From: an uncultured cyanobacterium | GTDB taxonomy: Bacteria; Cyanobacteriota; Cyanobacteriia; Phormidesmidales; Phormidesmidaceae | Direction of reading: 5' to 3' | Assembly: GCA_963793265.1 (NCBI GenBank) | Contig: CAWBZI010000004.1 | Location: forward strand, 448,001-512,000 | DNA length: 64,000 nt | In this document: piece by piece, positions 1 through 9,485 of the stretch | Numbering within the stretch: the first letter of the stretch is position 1 | How the letters are laid out: each line of letters starts with the position of its first letter | Made by a program: the position numbers and the translations under genes | The notes under the pieces: model-generated | Seen by the model: the letters and a program-made list of their open reading frames with translations, nothing else | Database searches by the model: none | What the model was told of the DNA's origin: nothing

Positions 1-561
1 CACAGAGAAATGGCTTCTGGCCTATCCATGCCAATTGGCTTTAAAAACAACACCAACGGTAGCTTAGACGCAGCAGCAAATGCCATGCTTGCAGCTAGTC
101 AGCCGCATCATTTCCTGGGCATTAATCAGAGCGGCCACGCTAGTATCGTTTCTACGACGGGTAACGCTGATGGCCATCTGGTTTTACGCGGTGGTAAACA
201 GGGGCCTAATTACGAAGCAGCTAGCGTAGAAAAAGCGGCAGTGGCTCTCACGGCTCAAAACCTGAATCCTCGGATTATGGTGGACTGTAGCCACGCAAAC
301 GCGAATAAAGACCATACTCGTCAGGTTCTTGTTCTAGAAAGCATTGCTGAACAGGTTGCTAAAGGTTCGCAGCATCTAATGGGTGCCATGATTGAAAGCC
401 ATCTAGTGGCAGGTAAGCAGCCTATCTCTAAGAACCGAGATGACTTGACCTACGGACAGAGCATTACAGACGCCTGTGTAGATATAGAGACTACGGCTAC
501 GATGCTTGAATCGCTAGCTAAATCTGTGAAGCAACTGGTCGCAGCTAAAGTGGCAAAATAA
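1..561 (+). CDS. 3-deoxy-7-phosphoheptulonate (DAHP) synthase, class I (AroF/G/H type), 5' end outside window
   Basis: Frame open from base 1 (HREMASGLSMPIGFKN); motifs HLVLRGG, MVDCSHAN, GAMIESHL, YGQSITDAC. Confidence 0.95.
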   Translation, partial: HREMASGLSMPIGFKNNTNGSLDAAANAMLAASQPHHFLGINQSGHASIVSTTGNADGHLVLRGGKQGPNYEAASVEKAAVALTAQNLNPRIMVDCSHANANKDHTRQVLVLESIAEQVAKGSQHLMGAMIESHLVAGKQPISKNRDDLTYGQSITDACVDIETTATMLESLAKSVKQLVAAKVAK

Positions 562-602
562 GCCGTTCTAGTAGGCTTAAGCCTTTAGATTCATAATCAG
601 AA

Positions 603-643
603 ACCTTCAGAGGGACGCTACCTTAGCATTTTCTTCTGAAGGT
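603..643. terminator. Probable bidirectional terminator hairpin
   Basis: accttcaga (603-611) / tctgaaggt (635-643) inverted repeat with extendable inner pairing, between convergent genes. Confidence 0.6.
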
Positions 644-674
644 GTTTGTTTGCGTACTTCTTCATTCAGCCTCT

Positions 675-2150
675 TCAAAACAAAGGAATGTTGACGTTTA
701 AACCAGCGCCATAGAAGGTGTCGTCTAAGTTGAAGGCTGAGTTGGAGGAGCGGCCAAAGCGGGTTCCACCAAACAAGCTAACTTTGCTTTCAGGCGTTAG
801 GCTATAGCTGATAACGCCGAGTACCTGCTGGTAGGTATCGAACCGAGATATTCGGATGTAGTCGTCAAAATCGATCTGATAGAGCAGGCTCGTGCTTAAG
901 TCACGAGTGACCTTGTGGTTCAAGGAAAGCGTTAGGGTTTGACGAAACCGACTGGCTCTATCTCTATCTATATTTGGGTTGTCACCAGATGCTCGAGCAA
1001 ACCCTAGCCGCGCCTGATAAAAACTATCTAGCCACGTTTTTGAGCCTAAAATACTGCGATGGCTTATCTGCGCGTCAATATAGTTTATGCCGAGCTTTTT
1101 TTCTCGATATCCAGGCGTATAAAACCTTTGGTTTCGCCACCCTAGCTGGGCAAATGTGCGAGGTGCGAGGCGCTGTCGTACGCCTAGCTGTAGCTCTACC
1201 TGGTTGGTGTTGATTCCATCGAACCTTTCGTAGCGAGCTAGGGTGGTTCCGGCGATCGCATACAAATTCGTACTATCTGAAAGTTTGGGAAATAAGAGAA
1301 CTGTCAGACCTGACTGATACACCTGATCGTTTAATCGCCGTAGAAAACCATCATCACCGAACTGGGATGGTGCATCCGTCCGGTTGGATCGAAATATATT
1401 GTCGCTGTCTAAAAAGCCCAGGCGACCTGACAGAAAAGCAATGGGCGGCTTGGGGGGTGGAGGCGCAGCTTGTGCTGTTTGGATGAGGCGTAGAATGCCT
1501 AAGTCTTCGTTGGTGCGCGATCGCTGCAACTGCAATCGCAAGTTACCTAGCTCATCATCCTGAGTGCCCTCTGGCTGCGGCGTGAGTGGCCTAATTCTTT
1601 CCTCCGGCAGCAAGTCGCCAAAATCAGGCACCTGAGCCACCGTTTGAGGCTCATTCAGCTCTATTCCTAAAGGCTCTACTTCTGCAACCTCTACCTCTAA
1701 GCCCTCTATCTCCAGAGGTTCTACTATTTCTAGCGATGCTTCTTTCAAACCCTCTATCTCTAGGTGCTCTACCTCTATAGATTCCATCAGTGCTGAAGGT
1801 TCTGGTGCTACGGCAGGCTCCGTGCTAATCGCATCATCGCAACTATCAAAATCGTTGACTCCGCAAGGTAAGGGCGCAAAGGTAGGACTGTGGTCGTCTT
1901 CTACTGCGAAGGCGTGCTTGCTAGATTGCACTAAGGTTTTGTGAGACGAAGCTGTGAGCTTAGAAAGAGAAGCTGCTTTAAGGCGATCGCTATCTTTGCG
2001 ATCGTCGTTCTCTATAGCCATCTCTGCATCCTGAGCTTCTTGCAAAACCGGAGCGGCAAGAGCTGAAACACAAAGAATGTTTAGAACGCCACCTAAACCA
2101 AGGCTTAGTCCGAGCACTTTCTGGCCAATCGGAAAAGCCTGTTTTTTCAT
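675..2150 (-). CDS. Exported protein with predicted C-terminal outer-membrane beta-barrel
   Basis: Signal peptide; acidic linker with VExLEIEGL repeats; PPPPKPP hinge; ~250 aa of amphipathic beta-strands ending AGLNVNIPLF (terminal Phe). Confidence 0.7.
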   Translation of the reverse strand: MKKQAFPIGQKVLGLSLGLGGVLNILCVSALAAPVLQEAQDAEMAIENDDRKDSDRLKAASLSKLTASSHKTLVQSSKHAFAVEDDHSPTFAPLPCGVNDFDSCDDAISTEPAVAPEPSALMESIEVEHLEIEGLKEASLEIVEPLEIEGLEVEVAEVEPLGIELNEPQTVAQVPDFGDLLPEERIRPLTPQPEGTQDDELGNLRLQLQRSRTNEDLGILRLIQTAQAAPPPPKPPIAFLSGRLGFLDSDNIFRSNRTDAPSQFGDDGFLRRLNDQVYQSGLTVLLFPKLSDSTNLYAIAGTTLARYERFDGINTNQVELQLGVRQRLAPRTFAQLGWRNQRFYTPGYREKKLGINYIDAQISHRSILGSKTWLDSFYQARLGFARASGDNPNIDRDRASRFRQTLTLSLNHKVTRDLSTSLLYQIDFDDYIRISRFDTYQQVLGVISYSLTPESKVSLFGGTRFGRSSNSAFNLDDTFYGAGLNVNIPLF

Positions 2151-2763
2151 AAAAAAATTACTGTTGTGTGAGCAGGTTCTAAGCGCGGTTTTTCTGTGAA
2201 TTGGGATAAGACTATGAAAAAACGCATGGGCCAGTGCTATCTATATCAAGATGTCAAAGCAGAAATCAGGCAAAAGCTTCTAAGTTATATTGATTTTGAA
2301 GATGAATCTGTAAGCAATCGTTGTGCACAAGCCAACAACGCGTAAGCTGACCTCAACCAAAAATCCGAACGCCATCATTGCACCGTACCGATATCAAGAC
2401 AGCTCTATACGACTTGGCGCACTCAGCGCCCAGACCCTAGTATCCGTCTTCAAAAATCTGCCCTATTATGGTTGCTAAGTTATCTACCACTTTAGATTTT
2501 CATTACCAACATGAAAGGCTAAGATAAACGTAGGAATACGCCCGTATAAACCGGTTAGTTCCTGCGCGCAGTGCTAAAGCTTCAGTGCCAAACGTCTCCA
2601 AACGTTTCATTGCATCTACCCTACATCTTCTGTCCATCAAGCACATTTACATAGAAAAGCAGAGTAGGGCGTATCAAAGTATGACAAAGCATCAACTTCT
2701 CTAGATGCAGTCATACTACTGATAAACCCGTCCCTCTGGCTAGTTTTTTTACGTACAAAATTT

Positions 2764-5361
2764 ATGACTGGGTATTATTCCAAACGAAGCCGTCGGGTAC
2801 GCGCGCTGTCAGTTGCGCTTGGCCTGGCAACTCTTTTTTTTGCACCTTATGCTGCTATTGCCGAAGAGATCGAACCAGAAGAGCTGAGGTGGGCAAGGGT
2901 TGACTTTCTTCGGAATAGAGTTCAGCTTTTGCCAACTGACGAAAGAGCCCGCCGCGCCCGTATTTCTGACATTTTGGGCGTAGGCGATTCCCTTAGAACG
3001 CTCAGCCGCTCACGCGCCGAGCTGCGCTTTAATGACGAGTCGCTCGCTCGTATTGGTGAGCGGGCAACCTTCAGATTCACACCTAACACTCGCAACTTTC
3101 AGCTCACTAACGGCACCGTTTTACTGCTAATTCCGCCTGCGCGCGGACGAAGCACTATTCAAACGCCCAATGCTGTAACTGGCATCCAAGGATCTGCTCT
3201 TTTCGTTCGGTATATTCCTGAGACAGACACCACAATTGTCGGCGCGCTCACCGACAATCCCAACGGCCCCATGGTGCTCTTTAATCGAGATGGCACTGAG
3301 CAGCAAGCTTTGCAGGCTAACGAGATCGGCGTGATCGAAGGCGATCAGATTACTCAGATCTATCGGTTTGACAGTCAGCTTTTTTGGCAAAGCAGCGGCT
3401 TAGCAGAGGGCTTTAACTACTCAGAGGATTCTCCTGACGGTGATGCTTTAGACGGCGTACGTCAGGAAATTAGAGAAGCCATATCCAAGCAAGATCCACT
3501 GCCTAGCGAAGGCGATGGTGTCATCGAAAATCCGCCATCTTTCAGTCGGCCAGAGCCCGCCGCAGAACCGGCAGCAGAGATAGAAACGCCTAGTGATGGC
3601 ACTACTGCGGGGGCATCATCTAATGCCAGTAGTGGTGCCAGTAGTGGGACAACGGGCGAAACAACCGACGCTGATAATGAGACGGCGACTAGCAATACAG
3701 ACACCAGCACAGCTAGCGGAACATCTGAAGCCTCTGGGCAATCGGATGTCAGTCAAACCGATGGCCAAGTTACGAACGGCCAAGCTAACAGCGGCACAAC
3801 CCAAGGGCCTGTCTCCTCTACGAATAACGGTGGACGATCACTAACAGCCCCAACAGAAAGCGGGCCTTCAACGCCTTCAACAACTGTGCCTTCAACCTCC
3901 TCGCCTTCTACTTCAGGCGCTGAGGAAGGCAATTTTGAGGAGGTTGAAGAGCCCATCATTGAACTGGAGTTTGAAGGATCGCCCGCTCAAGACTATCTTG
4001 CTGCGCCTTCAACTGCCGTACCTATTCCAGGGGTAGGTGAAGCAAATAATTTGGTACCTAATTCTACGCCGGAAGACGGCGAGGACGAGGATACAAATCC
4101 AGGTGCCAGCGAAGCATCAGGAGATACCCCAGTCACAGGCTCTAATTCACAAACTGGTTCACCAACCAACTCGCAGACAGGTTCCCAAACAGGTCAGCAG
4201 ACCTCAGGGGAAAGCGCTGCTGGAGAAGGCGATCCGCTTCAGCGACCTATCACAGATGAGAGCGACGATCTGCTAACGGTGCCGGAGCAAATTACTGGCG
4301 GCGATCCGAATGCTGCCCCAGTGACAGTTGGCCAAGACGGTAATCCGGTAGATGCTCAAGGCAGAGCGCTGACAGAAGCAGAAACTACCGAAGAAACGGA
4401 TACAACTAATTTAGAAGAGTTAGAAAATGGTGTCGTCGCTGAACCTGCTGAACCTGAAAATCCACCAGCCGTAATAGATAGCTCTGATAGCAACACTGGT
4501 GATAATACTGGTGTTGAAACACCTGTAGAAGCATCTGGCGAGAGTGCTGCTGAACCGACACTTGAGCCAGAAGCCGCGCCCATCATCCCGGAAGCCGCAC
4601 CGACTATTCCAGAAGCCGCGCCAATTATATTAGAGGGTGAGCAGACACCAGAAACAGCTCAGCCAGTAGCTGCTCCAGAGCCAGTAGTTGCTCCAGAGCC
4701 AGTGGTTGCTCCAGAGCCGATAGTTACCCCAGAACCTGTCACGCCTGTATTAGATCCTTCTACCTCGCTGGTTCCGATCGAGCCTGGCGAACTCATTCAA
4801 GATGAGCTTACTCCAGTGCCAGAACCCACTGTTCCAGAGGTTCAGCTAGAAGACGAGCTGCCAGTTTCTGAAAATAGTGGTTCAGAAGATATCGAGCAGC
4901 CTGAGGATGTGATAGTAGAGCCTGCGATACCTGATACAGAAGTGATAGAACCCTCGTCAGAAGATCTGCTGCCTACCACAGATATTGCTGAGCCACCCGT
5001 TCTTGAGCTAGAAGTTGTCGAACCGGCAGTCACTCCCGATGTTGGTAGCGATATCCCGGACGTCGATGCCAATGACATTGTTGATACACCTGAGATTGAT
5101 GTCCCCGATGCGTCACAGCTTGATGTCGATATTCCCGATGCCGATATTCCTTTTGATACTCCTACAATAGGCGGAACACCTGTAGAAGATACCTTGGATC
5201 CTGTAGATGCACCGATAGATACTATTCAACAAGAAGCGCCTTCACGTGAATTTGTGGATGAAGGTGTCGAGCCGGTTAACGAAAATCCTGGCGCACCGAC
5301 TGATAGCCAGCAGCCTGATGTTCCTGATGACTCTGAAGCAGGCGATCGCGAGCTGCTATAG
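2764..5361 (+). CDS. Exported FecR-domain protein with long acidic Pro/Thr/Glu-rich disordered tail
   Basis: Signal peptide (..YAAIA); FecR-like GDSLRT..SRAELRFNDESLARIG..TIQTPNAVTGIQGS; ~600 aa low-complexity tail. Confidence 0.85.
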   Translation: MTGYYSKRSRRVRALSVALGLATLFFAPYAAIAEEIEPEELRWARVDFLRNRVQLLPTDERARRARISDILGVGDSLRTLSRSRAELRFNDESLARIGERATFRFTPNTRNFQLTNGTVLLLIPPARGRSTIQTPNAVTGIQGSALFVRYIPETDTTIVGALTDNPNGPMVLFNRDGTEQQALQANEIGVIEGDQITQIYRFDSQLFWQSSGLAEGFNYSEDSPDGDALDGVRQEIREAISKQDPLPSEGDGVIENPPSFSRPEPAAEPAAEIETPSDGTTAGASSNASSGASSGTTGETTDADNETATSNTDTSTASGTSEASGQSDVSQTDGQVTNGQANSGTTQGPVSSTNNGGRSLTAPTESGPSTPSTTVPSTSSPSTSGAEEGNFEEVEEPIIELEFEGSPAQDYLAAPSTAVPIPGVGEANNLVPNSTPEDGEDEDTNPGASEASGDTPVTGSNSQTGSPTNSQTGSQTGQQTSGESAAGEGDPLQRPITDESDDLLTVPEQITGGDPNAAPVTVGQDGNPVDAQGRALTEAETTEETDTTNLEELENGVVAEPAEPENPPAVIDSSDSNTGDNTGVETPVEASGESAAEPTLEPEAAPIIPEAAPTIPEAAPIILEGEQTPETAQPVAAPEPVVAPEPVVAPEPIVTPEPVTPVLDPSTSLVPIEPGELIQDELTPVPEPTVPEVQLEDELPVSENSGSEDIEQPEDVIVEPAIPDTEVIEPSSEDLLPTTDIAEPPVLELEVVEPAVTPDVGSDIPDVDANDIVDTPEIDVPDASQLDVDIPDADIPFDTPTIGGTPVEDTLDPVDAPIDTIQQEAPSREFVDEGVEPVNENPGAPTDSQQPDVPDDSEAGDRELL
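4567..4629 (+). repeat. Intragenic tandem repeat, 3 x 21 bp (PEAAPxI)
   Basis: ccagaagccgcgcccatcatc / ccggaagccgcaccgactatt / ccagaagccgcgccaattata. Confidence 0.85.
4661..4732 (+). repeat. Intragenic tandem repeat, 4 x 18 bp (EPVVAP-like)
   Basis: agccagtagctgctccag / agccagtagttgctccag / agccagtggttgctccag / agccgatagttaccccag. Confidence 0.85.
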
Positions 5362-5369
5362 AGTCAAAT

Positions 5370-7847
5370 CTACGCCCCTAACTCTTCTGTTGGGGGCTTT
5401 TCATCATCTATTTGAGTGGGTAAGGCTCCGGGCCAGTCAGTCGGTAAAATTTGAGTGTCATCTAGTTCCTGATTTGTCTCAATGACGCCGGGTCTGGTGC
5501 CCTGATTGTAAGTAGTCTCAGACCTGTTCGGAAGGCCAGGGCTGAGCGCAGGCAAGTCGGTAAGCTGTTCGTAGTCTAGCTGGTTTAGATCATCCAATAC
5601 GCTTTGGGCCGAGTGATAGCGGTTGTTGAAGTCATATCGCACCATTTTGTTGATGATGCTAGAGAGCGCGGGGGAAATATCGGTAACCGTATGGGACCAA
5701 ATAATCTCCCCTTTTTCACTCCGTTTGAGCGCGTGAGGAGGCCGACCGGTCAGCGCTTCAATGGCAGTAATGCCCAAAGCATAAACATCGCTGCGCACCG
5801 TAGGCATTCCGGCAGACTGTTCGCTGGGCATGTATCCTTGGGTTCCAATCCCGACTGTCTCGGTCATTTGGGTATTAGCGCCTGCTAACTTGTGGTTGAT
5901 TGTCTTGACTGCGCCGAAGTCGATTAGTACGTAGCGCCCATCTGCTTTTCGGCGAATAATATTTGAGGGCTTGATGTCTCTGTGTATTACGTTTTGAGAG
6001 TGAACGAAGCTGACAACAGGCAGCAGGTCTTTTAGCATATCGACGACTGCTTTTTGAGAAAGCGGATGCGCCCGAGAGAGCACCTCGCGCAGCAGCTTAC
6101 CTTCTATCATTTCCTGTACGAGGTAGAAGGAGTCTTGTACTTCAAAGTAGGCCAGCAGTCGAGGAATTTGATGGTGTTCTCCTAGCTGACCTAAGACGAC
6201 CGCTTCTGCTTCAAACAGGCGGCGAGCAAGCTGGTGAGCTTTAGGATTATCGCTAACAATTTTGAGCTGCTTGACGACGCAAACTGGATGACCTGGACGC
6301 AGCGTATCTTGAGCTAGATAAGTTTCGCCAAAGCCGCCTGCGCCTAGAACTTTAGTGATGCGATAGCGATCGCGCAATAACGCGCCAATCAAATCAGTCC
6401 GGTTGATATCCAGCAAGTCTTGAAAATCGTCCTGCTGGCTGATAATTTCTTGAACCAGCGGCGAGGTCGCATAGCGAGCCAGCGTCGTCCGCAGCCGCCT
6501 GCGTCTAAACCTATCGGCCGTAAAGCCCACGCCGAAATCCAACAGGCCCATCGTGCCGAGTGCAATCATCGGTGTGCCGGTCATCAAAAGAGTTCTAGAG
6601 CCAATAAAAGCACCGTAGCCTAGTAGCCCCCAAAGGCATACCCCGCCGCCTGCAATGAGCAGTCTATTCAACGGCTTTGGTGTTCGGTTCATCAGACCAG
6701 CGACGCCTAACCCCAGCAATAAAACGATCAGCGCGTTAACAAGAGGGCTTTTGATGGGTCTAGTGAGGGCTAAGTCATTTTCTAGGGTTGCGATCGCATT
6801 TGCCAAAATCTCAACGCCCGCCATCGGCTGCGGATAAAGCACACTCTCAGAAAACGGCGCTTTATGAAAATCCTGGCGGATGCTAGCCGTACCGCCAATA
6901 ATGACAATTTTGTCTTTAAAGAAATCACCCCCGCCCAGCTTATTATTCCAGGGGTCGTCATCAAGCACATACCAAAAAGGCACGTGCTCGAAGGTTTGGT
7001 CTGGCCCGTGGAAAAAGATATTCTCTTGAGGTGAGGTGTCGTAAGGAATATCTGCTGCTTTCAAGGTTGCCTGAGCAAAGCTCAAGAGGGGTGGGTCTTC
7101 CTCATCTAAAATAGTGGCTGAAGCGCCGAGTATTTCAGCCTCTTGACGGGCTATCTCCCTTAAGAATTCTTGACCCAAACGGTGAATCTGCTGACTGGGC
7201 TGTTCCTTTAAGAAATTGATGACGCCAACCTGTGCGCCTGCCTCTTGAAACTGCTCAATCGGTAGCGACGGCTGAAGTGAAACGCCTTGAGGTAGCTGAA
7301 TATAATCATACTGAGTTGCTAAGACAACATGCTCTCCGTATTGCTCAAGCACTCTAGCAAAAGCATCATCGCCTGGCTTGTACTGACTTTCCGAAGCAAA
7401 TACAACATCAATCGCAACTGCTTTTGCACCTGATTCCATCAAGCGGGCAACCACCTGGCCGTAAGCCTGTCTTTTCCAGGGCCAAGACGATATCGCTTCT
7501 AAAGCTTCATATCTCTCAGAGTCTTCTGAATAAAGCTGACTCTGAGAGAGGGAAGCCTCGTCAATCGCCAAAATAACAATATCATTGGGCGCTTCAACCG
7601 GGCCTCTCAGCTCGAAAAACAGGCTTTGTGCCTGCTGTTCCCACAAGTTGACAACGCCTACATTGCTCCCTATGGCTCCTGCGGTCACTGTCATACAAAC
7701 GGCTGAGAGGGCTAGTCGCCAGTACTTTGCGATCGCGCCACGCTGCCAGGTGGCCAGCCGATCTCTAGCGGTCAGCGTAGCCGTGACATCATCGGTAGTT
7801 GATGCGCGATTAGCCTTGGCGTTAGCAGATCTTCTGGCCATGATCAA
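5370..7847 (-). CDS. CHASE2-domain membrane Ser/Thr (Hanks-type) protein kinase
   Basis: CHASE2 motifs IVILAIDE, WPWKR, GAKAVAIDVVF, KDKIVIIG, MAGVEILANAI; 3 TM helices; kinase LGAGGFG, VVKQL, HRDIKPSN, DFG, GTQGYMPSEQ. Confidence 0.92.
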   Translation of the reverse strand: MIMARRSANAKANRASTTDDVTATLTARDRLATWQRGAIAKYWRLALSAVCMTVTAGAIGSNVGVVNLWEQQAQSLFFELRGPVEAPNDIVILAIDEASLSQSQLYSEDSERYEALEAISSWPWKRQAYGQVVARLMESGAKAVAIDVVFASESQYKPGDDAFARVLEQYGEHVVLATQYDYIQLPQGVSLQPSLPIEQFQEAGAQVGVINFLKEQPSQQIHRLGQEFLREIARQEAEILGASATILDEEDPPLLSFAQATLKAADIPYDTSPQENIFFHGPDQTFEHVPFWYVLDDDPWNNKLGGGDFFKDKIVIIGGTASIRQDFHKAPFSESVLYPQPMAGVEILANAIATLENDLALTRPIKSPLVNALIVLLLGLGVAGLMNRTPKPLNRLLIAGGGVCLWGLLGYGAFIGSRTLLMTGTPMIALGTMGLLDFGVGFTADRFRRRRLRTTLARYATSPLVQEIISQQDDFQDLLDINRTDLIGALLRDRYRITKVLGAGGFGETYLAQDTLRPGHPVCVVKQLKIVSDNPKAHQLARRLFEAEAVVLGQLGEHHQIPRLLAYFEVQDSFYLVQEMIEGKLLREVLSRAHPLSQKAVVDMLKDLLPVVSFVHSQNVIHRDIKPSNIIRRKADGRYVLIDFGAVKTINHKLAGANTQMTETVGIGTQGYMPSEQSAGMPTVRSDVYALGITAIEALTGRPPHALKRSEKGEIIWSHTVTDISPALSSIINKMVRYDFNNRYHSAQSVLDDLNQLDYEQLTDLPALSPGLPNRSETTYNQGTRPGVIETNQELDDTQILPTDWPGALPTQIDDEKPPTEELGA

Positions 7848-8385
7848 TGTGAGATTGTGTTGTTATCAGAAGGCGAAATAGGCTACGTACAGTTAAGCTT
7901 GTATCAAAACGAACCTTATTTTTCAAAAAACGCCTATAATATAAAGTGTGGTTATGTAGCTTTTTGCGACCAGCCTATCTGTTCGCATTACCTAGCCAGC
8001 TCACTCGTTCACTCATCGAGCCATTCTATCTGGTCACCTATTCTAGGGTAGTACCAGCTACTACCTGAGTATCTATACATCGATATTCAGATATTTCGGG
8101 ACTCTGTTTGCTTCCTGTCGAAGCTCTTTTCTGCCAACAAACCACTGCTACTACACTACTTCAGCCTAATTCTACTCAATCTTGATCCCATTTAGCGGAA
8201 AGCTTTTCGTTCCAAAAAATCTCACTATTCTACTTAAAATCCAAGTCAAGTCTTAAAACGGCATCACAAAACAGGATTCAGCGTCTACCTGATGCCTGCA
8301 CACCAAGCCAGTTTGACTTAATTCTCTATAGCTGCTCTTCCTAATTTGGAAAAAGCATTTAATCTTAACTCTTTATTTAATTCCT

Positions 8386-8910
8386 ATGGCGTCATCACCT
8401 CTCAACCGGCTTTCCATCTTTGTAGACGGAAACAATATGTTTTACGCTCAGCAAAAAAACGGCTGGTTTTTCGACCCAAAGAGAGTGCTAGAGCACTTTG
8501 TTAGTGAAACAGATGAGCTTACCTTAGTCAATGCTTTTTGGTATACCGGTCTGAAAGATCCCCAAGACCAGCGTGGCTTTCGAGATGCTTTAATCAGCTT
8601 GGGCTATACGGTACGCACTAAAGTGCTTAAAGAGTATTACGACGACACGTCAGGTCGCTATTCTCAAAAAGCCAATTTAGATATCGAAATTGTCGTTGAT
8701 ATGTTCAACACCGTTGAACAATATGACCGTGTTGTTTTACTAAGTGGTGACGGAGACTTTGAACGTGCTATTGAGCTACTACGCTCCAAAAACACCCATA
8801 TCACAGTCGTCTCAACAGAAGGCATGATTGCTAGAGAGCTGCGCAACGTTACGGATCGCTACATTGATCTCAATAAAATTCGTCCATCGATCGAAAAAGT
8901 AGACAGCTAG
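8386..8910 (+). CDS. labA: LabA-like NYN domain protein
   Basis: IFVDGNNMFYAQQKNGWFFDP, KANLDIEIVVDM, LLSGDGDF; closely matches cyanobacterial LabA. Confidence 0.85.
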   Translation: MASSPLNRLSIFVDGNNMFYAQQKNGWFFDPKRVLEHFVSETDELTLVNAFWYTGLKDPQDQRGFRDALISLGYTVRTKVLKEYYDDTSGRYSQKANLDIEIVVDMFNTVEQYDRVVLLSGDGDFERAIELLRSKNTHITVVSTEGMIARELRNVTDRYIDLNKIRPSIEKVDS

Positions 8911-8911
8911 T

Positions 8912-9253
8912 CTACTCAACGAAGAACATTTTTATGGCTGAGCTTAGTTTGATCTGAGCCTGATACTGCTGCTGCATTTGCGAATCAGTTTCTAGCCAGT
9001 GTTCTACTAGCTGCTGCTCGTGTTCGGAGACTTCTCCATCTATATAAGCACTTAGTAGCTCGAACTTCTCTTCAGTAGTTAGCCTATCTGCTATCGGATT
9101 GCCTTCTGTGTCAGATTTTGGCGTTACCCTTTTACGAAAGCTAGGAAAGGAATCTCTAGAAGGCTCATCATTAGAGAATGCAGCAGGTTGCGTCATCAAA
9201 TTAGATTGATTGGAGAGTGCGTGCGTATCGAGTGGGTAGAAATTAAGAGTCAT
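8912..9253 (-). CDS. Short anti-sigma-factor-like protein
   Basis: FELLSAYIDGEVSEHEQQLVEHWL resembles the N-terminal anti-sigma domain; no TM segment. Confidence 0.65.
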   Translation of the reverse strand: MTLNFYPLDTHALSNQSNLMTQPAAFSNDEPSRDSFPSFRKRVTPKSDTEGNPIADRLTTEEKFELLSAYIDGEVSEHEQQLVEHWLETDSQMQQQYQAQIKLSSAIKMFFVE

Positions 9254-9485
9254 GATACGGACGAGTGAAGATAGTTGAGTGCAAGCCTTGCATAAGCTGT
9301 ATCCCTTTGTAGCTTAGTATTAGAAGACGAACAAGGGTTGGCATTAGTTCATCTTCTTAAGAATTTAGAGTAGATAAGTGGTTTTCGGGTGATAATAGAT
9401 ACGCGGATAGGTAAAATACGCGGGTATGTAAGAAAGTTTTTCTAAGTTGTCGCTGTTTCACGAGTTTTTCGCAATCTACGCACCT

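Noticed and set aside
2779..2810. Twin-arginine (Tat) signal in the FecR protein
   Set aside because: SRRVRAL lacks the FLK part of the consensus; Sec export is equally plausible
4567..4732. Tandem repeats as a possible CRISPR array
   Set aside because: No spacers; units are codon multiples inside an ORF; no cas genes in the window
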